64,000 nucleotides of DNA. Origin: Promethearchaeota archaeon. Lineage in GTDB: Archaea; Asgardarchaeota; Lokiarchaeia; Sigyniarchaeales; SOKP01. Made by a program: the position numbers and the translations under genes. Below, one piece after another: positions 54,084 to 62,662 of this stretch. The notes beneath the pieces are model-generated. The model was given only the letters and a program-made list of their open reading frames with translations, was not told where the DNA came from and did not search any database. The DNA is taken from assembly GCA_011364925.1 (NCBI GenBank), contig RDOA01000007.1:6936-70935 (forward strand). Reading direction: 5' to 3'. Every line of letters starts with the position of its first letter. Position 1 is the stretch's first letter.

Positions 54084-55202
54084 TTATTTTCGAGATTCGT
54101 AATATGTGTTTTCTCCAGTTTCTTTGTTAAAGAAATGAAGTTTTTCTTCATCAAAAATAAGATTAACTACGTCATTGATCTTAAAGTTTTCAATATTTCT
54201 GATAAGTGCTATTATTCTCTCCTCTTCTACTTTTAGATGAACTTCGAATTCTCTCCCAGTTAGCTCAATAATCTCAATGGTTGCCTTAATTGAGTTATCA
54301 GATTCATTTTTAGACAACTTAATATCTTCAGGTCGAATACCTAAAACGATTTCTTTGCCCTTCAATTCTTTTACGATACTGAATTCACTAGGTACTTTAT
54401 AATTTATCTTCTTTGTAGTAAAATATACTGTTCCATTTTCTTCTTTCACAGATCCATCAATTAAATTCATTGGAGGACTTCCAATAAATCCAGCGACGAA
54501 TAAATTTTTTGGAAGGTCAAATATCGTTTGTGGTTTGTCGATTTGTTCAATTTCTCCCTTATTCAAAATAGCTATTCTATCTCCTAAAGACATAGCCTCA
54601 ATTTGATCGTGGGTTACGTATATAGTAGTTATGCCCAATCTTCGATGCAATTTTTTTAGTTCTGCTCGAGCAAATATTCTCAGTTTTGCATCGAGATTTG
54701 AAAGAGGTTCATCCATCAGGAACGCGTTAGGTTCCCTTACAATTGCTCTTGCTAAAGCTACTCTTTGTCTTTGACCTCCGCTGAGTTGCTTTGGTTTTCT
54801 GTCTAAAAGCTCTTCTATCCCCAAACTTTTTGCGGTAGAGTGAACTAATTTCTCAATTTCTTTCTTATCCATATTCTTTATTTCTAAGGGAAATGCTATA
54901 TTTTTAAAAACCGTCATATGGGGATATATTGCGTAGTCTTGAAAAACCATCGCAACATTTCTATCCTGAGGTCTTTCGTAATAGTTTTTTTCCGCACTAG
55001 TAACAATTTGTTCGTCAAACCATATTTCACCTTCTTCAGGTTTAATCAATCCAGCAATGCACAAAAGGGTAGTTGTTTTTCCGCATCCAGAGGGACCTAA
55101 TAAAATAAATAATTCTGAGTTTTTTATATCTATATCAACATTATTTACAGCATTACTTTCTCCATATTTTTTAACTAAGTTACTTATTCTTATATTTGTC
55201 AA
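54084..55202 (-). CDS. ABC transporter ATP-binding protein (MalK/UgpC-type sugar importer ATPase)
   Basis: Motifs: GPSGCGKTT, LSGGQRQRVALARA, FLMDEPLSNLD. A C-terminal TOBE-like domain is present. Confidence 0.9.
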   Translation of the reverse strand: MTNIRISNLVKKYGESNAVNNVDIDIKNSELFILLGPSGCGKTTTLLCIAGLIKPEEGEIWFDEQIVTSAEKNYYERPQDRNVAMVFQDYAIYPHMTVFKNIAFPLEIKNMDKKEIEKLVHSTAKSLGIEELLDRKPKQLSGGQRQRVALARAIVREPNAFLMDEPLSNLDAKLRIFARAELKKLHRRLGITTIYVTHDQIEAMSLGDRIAILNKGEIEQIDKPQTIFDLPKNLFVAGFIGSPPMNLIDGSVKEENGTVYFTTKKINYKVPSEFSIVKELKGKEIVLGIRPEDIKLSKNESDNSIKATIEIIELTGREFEVHLKVEEERIIALIRNIENFKINDVVNLIFDEEKLHFFNKETGENTYYESRK

Positions 55203-55212
55203 AATATCACCT

Positions 55213-55998
55213 CTATCCTTTAACTGCTCCCGCCATTAGACCTTGCATTAGATATTTTCCTAATAATACAAAAATTATAATAACTGGTAGTGAATAGAGA
55301 AACGATCCTGCCATTACATTATTCCATGCCGTTTCTGTACTCCCTGCTATATTGGAAAGTGCAAATGAAGCAGGTTCAAAATTTATATTTGTTAATGTTA
55401 ATGCAAATAGATAATCATTCCAAATGCTAGTAAATTGAAATACTCCTGCGACGACGAATGGTAATGGAGATAATGGTAAAATAATTCGTTGATAAATTGT
55501 CATAATTCCTGCTCCATCAACTTTTGCCGCCTTAAAAAGACTTTCTGGAATGGATTCATAATAACTTCTAAATAGAAGAGTAGTCATCGGTATTCCGTAG
55601 ATAGTATGAACTAAAACCATGACCCATAGTGAATCATATATCCCTAGATTTCTTATTGTGATAAAAAGAGGAATTATAATGGATTGATAAGGTAGGAAGA
55701 TTCCTATTGTTAATAGTAAAAATACTGTGTTTGATCCTCTAAATTTTAACTTTGCCACTACAAATCCACAAATCGATCCGAGTAAACAAGATAAGATTGT
55801 AGCAATAGAAGTAAACAGTATAGAATTAAATAAGGGTCCTATTAATTCGTTATAGGATGCTATAAAACCATCAAATACTAAAGTGGTTGGTGGTGCGAAA
55901 GGTAAAGTCTGTGCTAAATCTGCTTGAGTCTTAAGGGCAGACATAATACCTGACCATAATGGTAAAATCATTATTATCGCAATTATTATTAAAATCAA
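55213..55998 (-). CDS. ABC transporter permease (MalG/UgpE-type); the N-terminus probably extends to about 56034
   Basis: EAA-loop region: ESLFKAAKVDGAGIMTIYQRIILPLS. The in-frame upstream sequence IIATLTKHSILY continues the first TM, but it has no ATG/GTG/TTG. Confidence 0.8.
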   Translation of the reverse strand: MILIIIAIIMILPLWSGIMSALKTQADLAQTLPFAPPTTLVFDGFIASYNELIGPLFNSILFTSIATILSCLLGSICGFVVAKLKFRGSNTVFLLLTIGIFLPYQSIIIPLFITIRNLGIYDSLWVMVLVHTIYGIPMTTLLFRSYYESIPESLFKAAKVDGAGIMTIYQRIILPLSPLPFVVAGVFQFTSIWNDYLFALTLTNINFEPASFALSNIAGSTETAWNNVMAGSFLYSLPVIIIFVLLGKYLMQGLMAGAVKG

Positions 55999-56134
55999 GT
56001 AAAGGATCGAATGTTTTGTTAACGTCGCAATAATAAAATTAAGTTAAATTAGAGATAGAATATTAGAACAAAGAAATTAAATTATATTTTTTTTAAAAGA
56101 AATTATTAATAACAAAAATAAATAAAAAAATGAA

Positions 56135-57322
56135 TTAAATAATATCTAACTTCTTTCCAACTTTCTCTATTGCGTTTAAAGCCATGTTTAAATCGTCTTT
56201 TGTTAACAAAGCATTCATTTGAACACGAATTCTTGATAATTCTCTCGCAACCATAGGGAAAACTATTGGAGTTCCATAAATGCCTTCATCTTCGAAAAGA
56301 ACTCTTGCCAATTCTTGCGCTTTCCCAGGATCTCCAATAATCAAGGGAATTATAGGAGTTGATGAGTTTCCAGTATCATATCCCATACTTTGAACTTCTT
56401 TCTTAAAATAATTAGTATTCTCCCAGACTCTTTTTACATGTTGAGGTTCAGTTTCAACTACATCAATCGAAGCAATGTTAGCGGCTACTACACCTGGAGG
56501 ATGTGCTGTACTAAGTAAATAAGTTCTACTTTTATTTGCGCAAAATTCGATTAAATCTTTTGAGCCAGCAACAGTCCCTCCGAACACTCCAAAACCTTTA
56601 CTCATCGATCCACCTTCTACATGAACTTTCCCTTGTAGATTAAAATGAGCAACTATACCACGCCCTTCCCCAAGTACACCTTCCCCGTGGCAATCATCTA
56701 CAAAAATCATGGCTCCAAATTCCTCTGCAACTTGTGCGATACCGTCTAATGGAGCCATATCTCCATCCATTGAGAAAACTCCATCAGTGATAATACAAAT
56801 TCTACGAGCACTTTCCTTTTCCGCTTCTTTTAGTTGATTTTCTAAGTCTCCAACATCGGTGTGTTTATAAATAATTCTTTTTGCTCCAGATAACCTAACA
56901 CCATCGATTATTGACCCGTGATTTAATTCGTCTGAAACCACAATATCGGGTTTTCCAACTAACATAGGAATTAACCCAGAATTAACAGCAAAACCGGTCT
57001 GGCATAAAAGCGATGCCTCAACCTCTTTAAATTTCGCAAATCTTTCTTGAAATTCTTTTGTTAAGTTAAAACTTCCAGCGATAACTGGAACTGCCCCAGC
57101 TCCAGCACCGTATTTTTTAGTTGCGTCTATTGTTGCTTGTATAATTTTTGGATGTGTTGCCAATCCAAGATAATTATTAGTGTTTAGCATTAAGACTTCC
57201 TTGCCATCTACAATGGAATGAGGTTTAGAACCTTCTTCTAAGTATCTAATAATCCACTCAAGGTTATTGTTTCTTAATTCTGTCATATCTTCTTTAAGAA
57301 AAGCAACCGGATCTCTTTTCAT
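56135..57322 (-). CDS. kbl: 2-amino-3-ketobutyrate CoA ligase (glycine C-acetyltransferase)
   Basis: Motifs: NNYLGLATHP, SDELNHGSIIDG, ITDGVFSMDGDMAP, DDCHG, SMSKGFG. Divergently paired with a threonine dehydrogenase gene. Confidence 0.85.
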   Translation of the reverse strand: MKRDPVAFLKEDMTELRNNNLEWIIRYLEEGSKPHSIVDGKEVLMLNTNNYLGLATHPKIIQATIDATKKYGAGAGAVPVIAGSFNLTKEFQERFAKFKEVEASLLCQTGFAVNSGLIPMLVGKPDIVVSDELNHGSIIDGVRLSGAKRIIYKHTDVGDLENQLKEAEKESARRICIITDGVFSMDGDMAPLDGIAQVAEEFGAMIFVDDCHGEGVLGEGRGIVAHFNLQGKVHVEGGSMSKGFGVFGGTVAGSKDLIEFCANKSRTYLLSTAHPPGVVAANIASIDVVETEPQHVKRVWENTNYFKKEVQSMGYDTGNSSTPIIPLIIGDPGKAQELARVLFEDEGIYGTPIVFPMVARELSRIRVQMNALLTKDDLNMALNAIEKVGKKLDII

Positions 57323-57494
57323 AAAATCACCTTATCTTTTTGAAACATATGTGTAAATTAATACTTTAAGTGTATATAGAAACCTATATTAGTTTTTCCT
57401 ATAATAATTATAGGGGTTAAAAGTGGGAGAAATTTGGATAAACCTTTTTTAATTGGTTGAATTATGAATGTCACTATATTTATGAGCTTAAGAA

Positions 57495-58451
57495 TTGATG
57501 AAATTGAATAGAAAAATACTTGTAATAGGTTCAGCGGGGCAAATAGGATCTGAATTAGTACCCGCGTTAAGAGAGAAATACGGTGGAAACAATGTTATAG
57601 CAACTGGTAGAAGGACTCCACTTCCCGACACTATTAAAAATTCTGGACCAGTGATTTATCTCGATGCGTTGGATAAAGATTCATTAGCAAAGGTTATCTT
57701 TGAGTATGAAATTGATACAATTTTTCATATGGCTTCAATTTTATCAGCAACTGGAGAAAAAATGCCTCAAACGGCGTGGAATATCAACTTGAATGGTTTA
57801 ATCAATGTCCTTGAAGTTGCGAGAAGTTATAAAATTGATCGCGTCATTTGGCCGAGTTCAATTGCTTCTTTTGGTCCTACGACTCCTCGAGAAAATACAC
57901 CTAACACTACGGTGTTACAACCGACTACGATGTATGGTATAACCAAAGTAGCTGGTGAACTCTTAGCAGAATATTACTACAATAAATACCAGCTCGACGT
58001 TAGGTCAATGAGACTACCCGGGATCATAAGTAGCGAAACATTACCTGGTGGGGGAACAACAGATTACGCTGTTGAGATATTCTACGAAGCCATTAAAAAG
58101 AAAAGATACACATGTTTCTTAAGAGAAGATACGGTGTTACCTATGTTGTACATGCCAGATTGCAATAAGTGTATGATGGATTTATTAGAAGCAGATAATT
58201 CGAAATTAAAAAGACGCGTGTACAATTTAACTGGTATCAGTTTTTCCGCGGGTGAGATCGCTGCAGAGATTAGAAAACATATTCCTGAATTTGAGATCGA
58301 GTATAAACCAGATTTTAGACAGGCGATAGCAGATTCTTGGCCTAAAACGATTGATGACTCTCCCGCACGGGAAGAATGGGGTTGGAATCCTGAATACGAC
58401 CTTGAAGCTATGACAAAAGATATGATCGAAATTCTAAGTAAAAGACTATAA
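57495..58451 (+). CDS. tdh: L-threonine 3-dehydrogenase, SDR/epimerase-type
   Basis: Motifs: KILVIGSAGQIGSELVPALREKYG, MYGITKVAGE. Context with kbl. Confidence 0.75.
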   Translation: MMKLNRKILVIGSAGQIGSELVPALREKYGGNNVIATGRRTPLPDTIKNSGPVIYLDALDKDSLAKVIFEYEIDTIFHMASILSATGEKMPQTAWNINLNGLINVLEVARSYKIDRVIWPSSIASFGPTTPRENTPNTTVLQPTTMYGITKVAGELLAEYYYNKYQLDVRSMRLPGIISSETLPGGGTTDYAVEIFYEAIKKKRYTCFLREDTVLPMLYMPDCNKCMMDLLEADNSKLKRRVYNLTGISFSAGEIAAEIRKHIPEFEIEYKPDFRQAIADSWPKTIDDSPAREEWGWNPEYDLEAMTKDMIEILSKRL

Positions 58452-58519
58452 AAGTTAAAAACCATAATTCCCAATTTCTTTTTGTATTTCAAAATTAATC
58501 TGAATTAGTGTGATTTTAG

Positions 58520-59290
58520 ATGAAAATTGTATTTCACGAGCGGTACTTTAATTCGAGTTATGCGATGGATCCAGCAGCGTCCCAAGGACGCCTAGAAGGC
58601 ATTATAGAGACATTGTCAGGTAAGAGTGAGTTTGAATTTATCGAACCAAAACCAGCAACAAAAGAAGATATTTTAAGAGTTCACTCGGAAAGACACTACA
58701 ACTATGTCCACCGGGATACTTTATTGTATGAGTTAGCCTCACTTGCTGCAGGGGGAGCAATTTTAGCGGCTGAAGAAGCTTACGAAGGCAATCCAACTTT
58801 TGCTGTTATCCGACCTCCGGGGCATCACGCGTCAGCAGATTCGTGTTGGGGCTTTTGTTATTTCAATAATATCAGTATTAGTTTACTTAAACTATACGCG
58901 GAAGGAAAAATCAAATCTGCGTTTGTACTCGATTTTGATCTGCATACTGGGGATGGGAACATCAATATCTTAACATTCAGAAGTGATAATTTACGTGTCA
59001 AAATACTCAATCCTGAATCTAATGATAACTCAAAATATATTAAAGAAGTCAAAACTTACATGGAAGATTTAAAAGATATTGATATTTTTGTAGCCTCAGC
59101 GGGATTTGATCAAGCAATTGAAGATTGGGGGAACCTATTATACCCTGAGGATTATAGAGAGTTAGGAAACTTAATGAAAATATACTCAAATAAATTAAGC
59201 AAAGGGAGGAGATACGCACTCTTAGAGGGTGGTTACAATCACGATGTTCTTCCCATTAATGTTAACTCTTTCATTCAAGGTTTTAAATAA
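58520..59290 (+). CDS. Histone deacetylase-family (HDAC/AcuC-type) deacetylase, compact form
   Basis: Motifs: VIRPPGHHA, GFCYFNN, VLDFDLHTGDGN, ASAGFD. Confidence 0.85.
   Translation: MKIVFHERYFNSSYAMDPAASQGRLEGIIETLSGKSEFEFIEPKPATKEDILRVHSERHYNYVHRDTLLYELASLAAGGAILAAEEAYEGNPTFAVIRPPGHHASADSCWGFCYFNNISISLLKLYAEGKIKSAFVLDFDLHTGDGNINILTFRSDNLRVKILNPESNDNSKYIKEVKTYMEDLKDIDIFVASAGFDQAIEDWGNLLYPEDYRELGNLMKIYSNKLSKGRRYALLEGGYNHDVLPINVNSFIQGFK
59225..59290. repeat. Direct repeat copy A: last ~21 codons of the HDAC gene
   Basis: ttagagggtggttacaatcacgatgttcttcccattaatgttaactctttcattcaaggttttaaataa aligns with 62449..62514 (about 80 percent identity by eye). Confidence 0.75.
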
Positions 59291-59509
59291 CCATAGGTAT
59301 TATTTTTTCTTTGTTTATTGATTTTGTACTCATTTACGCCTTTATTTAGATTTTTTACGAAAGAGGGATTTTTGACAGAGAAGTACATATTGAACACTCT
59401 AAGGATCTCTGATATTTAAAATATTCCAAGGATTAATCTGTAAAATTGGGTGCTTTAACTTAAATCCTTTTTTTTTGATATTTAAAATACAGTGGATTAG
59501 ACAACAATT

Positions 59510-62005
59510 TCATGTGTTTTCTAGATCTTGTCCGCAATATACGCAAAACTTGTAAGTGGGTTGGACCGGAATTCCACAGTTTGGACAAAAGTTACTTTTT
59601 TCTTCTTTTATAGTGCTTTTATCATCGATAGGAAATCTATCGCGAAGGTTTATCCTAGGTTCATGACGAATAAATATCTTTTTTCTGAAAACAATCAAAA
59701 TGATTGCTAGCAGTGCTACTATCCCAATTCCTATACTAATTAAAATATAGGGAATTAAGAAGGGTTTTATAGGAATTAATGGTGGTATCGGTGGTTCTTG
59801 GATATTGATTGCAAAATACATCAAATCGGAAGTAATAGATTGTCCCATAGATGATATTCCACTTAGAATCAATGAATGAACGCCATTTTCGGGAATAGGA
59901 ATAACTTGATTTCCGGAAATTGATACGTTATAACCACCATCTAAAGAATAACCTACCCAGTTTAAAGTTGTTGTGCTTGTATAGCTTATTAATATACCCT
60001 CTTTTTGATTATCTCCCAAGACATAATCAAGGTCTTGACTCTCTCCTATTGCATCAATCCAAAAACCACTTGTAGAAGCAGAAGATGTGAAAATTCTAAT
60101 TCGTTCTATAGAATTACCTACATTTCGAAAATTAATCGGTCCAGAATCAAAACCATCTATAATGAGTTTAAATTGATTTTCATTCAATCCTTGATAAGCT
60201 GGTGCACCAAGTCCTCTAAAGTGAATCGTTAAATGATACCAAGTATTATCTTGAGGATCATAAACACTATCAAATGTAGGAATTGGAATTAAATCTACAC
60301 CATTATAATATTTCCACTTATAAAAATCTAAACTTATGTGAATTAGAGGAAGATAAGTATCATCATCCCACCATTGTATTGCTATCCCATCTGAAGCATC
60401 TTCAGCGTATAACCAAAATTCAGTGAATCCATAATCGAGATCTGTAAAATTGTAGTTTAATCTAACTCTTCCAGAACTACTCTCATCATCAATATGAACG
60501 ACTTTATTATGGCCAGATTTTTCAGAAACTACAAACGCATGGCAATTCGAATCTGAAGGAAGGTCATCCATATTAAAAGGTAATAATCCATCCTCCGTGT
60601 CTTCAAATCCTGTCGTTCCAACATAATATCCGACCATAGGTTCATAGTATGTTTTATTTTCAGGATTGATAATATTGATATTGTCTATTGGGGATTGTGG
60701 CGTATAGTCATACTTTAAGGTAAGAATATCTTCTACCCCAGCACCTACGCTTGTTGATCCTCCAACAGCGTAAATATTTAACTCAGAATCGTAGGTAAGG
60801 CTACGTATAGCCTCGACACCTGTGTCACCCCACGATTTATACCAATTTAAGTTCCCTGATGTATCATAATTAAGTAAAATACAATCCCCATTTGTAGATA
60901 CTCCGTGAGTTGAAGTATATCCACCAATAAACAATTCATCATTCGGCAGAATAGTCATTGACCACCAGCTATTTCCATACACACCACTACTTCCAAAAGT
61001 TCGATACCATTGATAATTACCGTTTTTGTCGTATTTGAGCAGTAAACCTTTCATACTGCTAGCTGGGTGCCCAAAAGTGTAACCTGTGAGATAGATGTTG
61101 TTATTAGAATCAATAGCTAAGGCTCTACCTCTTTGAGTCCAGTCAGCGTCCCAATCTTCTGCCCATTGAAGAATACCTGAGGAATCATACTTCAAAATAT
61201 AATTATCATACTCTCCTGAAGATGGATCCATACTATCAGAATGACCAGCTACATATATATAGCCTTCTGAATCGATTTCGACATCCTCAGTCTCTTCAGC
61301 GAGGCTACCTCCCCATGTGTTATTCCAAATCTGATTAAGCGAACTATTAAATTTTATGAGAACCGAATCTCCATCGGTATCACCAAAGCTTTTAGTTTTT
61401 CCAGCCACATAGAGATTTCCCGTTGAGTCTCCAACTATTCCGCGAGCTTCATCCAGATCGTTACCACCCCATGTTATATTAGATTGATAATTACCTAAAT
61501 TATCAAATTTTACAACACATAAGTCCCCGTAAGGATCTCCCGCATTAATAGTATACCCTGCGATATATATATTATTTAGTATATCGATAGTAAGGCAATT
61601 TGCGACATCATTATCAGGTCCACCCCACGTACGAACCCATTGTTCTACTCCGGAAGTGTTATATTTTATTAAAGTCATATCGGTATTTCCAGAATTATTT
61701 ACATTAGTATATCCGCAAACATACAGAAAATTGTCAGAACCAATTACTGCACCAAAACCATAATCTTCATATGACGATCCCCAATCTTTATACCAGTCAA
61801 AAACATATTCACTTGATAAACTGGTAGTATTAGGGTACTTGTCCAATTCAATAGAAGTCGAACAATTACTAATAGACATTGAATTGATTAGGAAATACAA
61901 GACAAATAAGATACTTATGAAACAAAATTTTTTTCGAGCGATTTTACGCATTCTAAATCTTGCAGCAAGATTTCTGTTTATTACTATCAAATAGATGTGG
62001 AACAA
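59510..62005 (-). CDS. Surface protein with SBBP-type beta-propeller repeats, internal TM and cytoplasmic C-terminal zinc ribbon
   Basis: Repeats have the form D.G..I..D..GNIY.AG.T.....D..L.KY...G...W...WGG. The TM is PYILISIGIGIVALLAIILIVF. The tail is CPNCGIPVQPTYKFCVYCG. The likely true start is ATG 61951 (MRKIARKKFCFISILFVLYFL). Confidence 0.8.
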   Translation of the reverse strand: MFHIYLIVINRNLAARFRMRKIARKKFCFISILFVLYFLINSMSISNCSTSIELDKYPNTTSLSSEYVFDWYKDWGSSYEDYGFGAVIGSDNFLYVCGYTNVNNSGNTDMTLIKYNTSGVEQWVRTWGGPDNDVANCLTIDILNNIYIAGYTINAGDPYGDLCVVKFDNLGNYQSNITWGGNDLDEARGIVGDSTGNLYVAGKTKSFGDTDGDSVLIKFNSSLNQIWNNTWGGSLAEETEDVEIDSEGYIYVAGHSDSMDPSSGEYDNYILKYDSSGILQWAEDWDADWTQRGRALAIDSNNNIYLTGYTFGHPASSMKGLLLKYDKNGNYQWYRTFGSSGVYGNSWWSMTILPNDELFIGGYTSTHGVSTNGDCILLNYDTSGNLNWYKSWGDTGVEAIRSLTYDSELNIYAVGGSTSVGAGVEDILTLKYDYTPQSPIDNINIINPENKTYYEPMVGYYVGTTGFEDTEDGLLPFNMDDLPSDSNCHAFVVSEKSGHNKVVHIDDESSSGRVRLNYNFTDLDYGFTEFWLYAEDASDGIAIQWWDDDTYLPLIHISLDFYKWKYYNGVDLIPIPTFDSVYDPQDNTWYHLTIHFRGLGAPAYQGLNENQFKLIIDGFDSGPINFRNVGNSIERIRIFTSSASTSGFWIDAIGESQDLDYVLGDNQKEGILISYTSTTTLNWVGYSLDGGYNVSISGNQVIPIPENGVHSLILSGISSMGQSITSDLMYFAINIQEPPIPPLIPIKPFLIPYILISIGIGIVALLAIILIVFRKKIFIRHEPRINLRDRFPIDDKSTIKEEKSNFCPNCGIPVQPTYKFCVYCGQDLENT

Positions 62006-62145
62006 TATAAATCTAACTCTCCAATATAGATATCATATTCGTCCTCTAGGAGTTTTTGCGAAAATTCTAGATTTAAAACCACTGAGACAAATTTTATATA
62101 ACGGTATAAATTCAAATTTTCAAGAATAAAACGAGGTCCTATAAA

Positions 62146-62514
62146 TTGAAAGATCCTATTATTCAGACTTTTAGTTTGACTAAAGTTTTTAAGGACGTTA
62201 CAGCGGTTAAGAATTTAAACTTAAAAGTCTAGGGGGGAATATATGGACTACTGGGACTTAATGGAGCGGGAAAAACGACCACGATAAAAATGATGGTCGG
62301 TTCGGTGTTTCAGATGTCTATCCAAGATACTAAGAGAAAGATAAGTGAACTCCTTAAGCTTGTAGAATTAAATGATGCGAAATCACGCATAATCGCAAAG
62401 TATTCTGCTGGTATGAGACAAAGGATTGGTATTGCTCAGGCGTTAATTAGAAGGAGGTATAATCACGATGTCCTTCCTAACAATGTGAACTCTTTCTGTC
62501 AAGGTTTCAAATAG
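62146..62514 (+). pseudogene. Degenerate ABC-2-type ATPase fragment (in-frame TAG, internal deletion, 3' truncation) fused to a duplicated HDAC 3' end
   Basis: Hand translation from TTG 62146 gives LKDPIIQTFSLTKVFKDVTAVKNLNLKV*GGIYGLLGLNGAGKTTTIKMMVG|SVFQMSIQDTKRKISELLKLVELNDAKSRIIAKYSAGMRQRIGIAQALI|RRRYNHDVLPNNVNSFCQGFK*. Walker A and the signature motif are present. Walker B is missing, and the tail equals the HDAC C-terminus. Confidence 0.75.
62449..62514. repeat. Direct repeat copy B of the HDAC 3' end
   Basis: See 59225..59290. Confidence 0.75.
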
Positions 62515-62662
62515 GGATCGTTGTTAACATCTCTATAATAAATCAACCTTTCTATTTATTGTTATTTGACAGAAAAGTATAAATATTCTGCTTCAAGTAT
62601 TAACTGTAGGATGGTTTTTACGAAATCCTATCTATCGAAAATAACAATCTAAAGGTATAATT

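Noticed and set aside
58082-58492. 136-aa minus-strand ORF
   Set aside because: It is antisense to the well-supported tdh gene.
59291-59420. Possible extension of the HDAC 3' duplication into downstream non-coding DNA (vs 62515..62640)
   Set aside because: Only patchy matches are present (tttgacaga.aagta, ttttacgaaa), and they occur in a different order. I cannot claim homology without a formal alignment.
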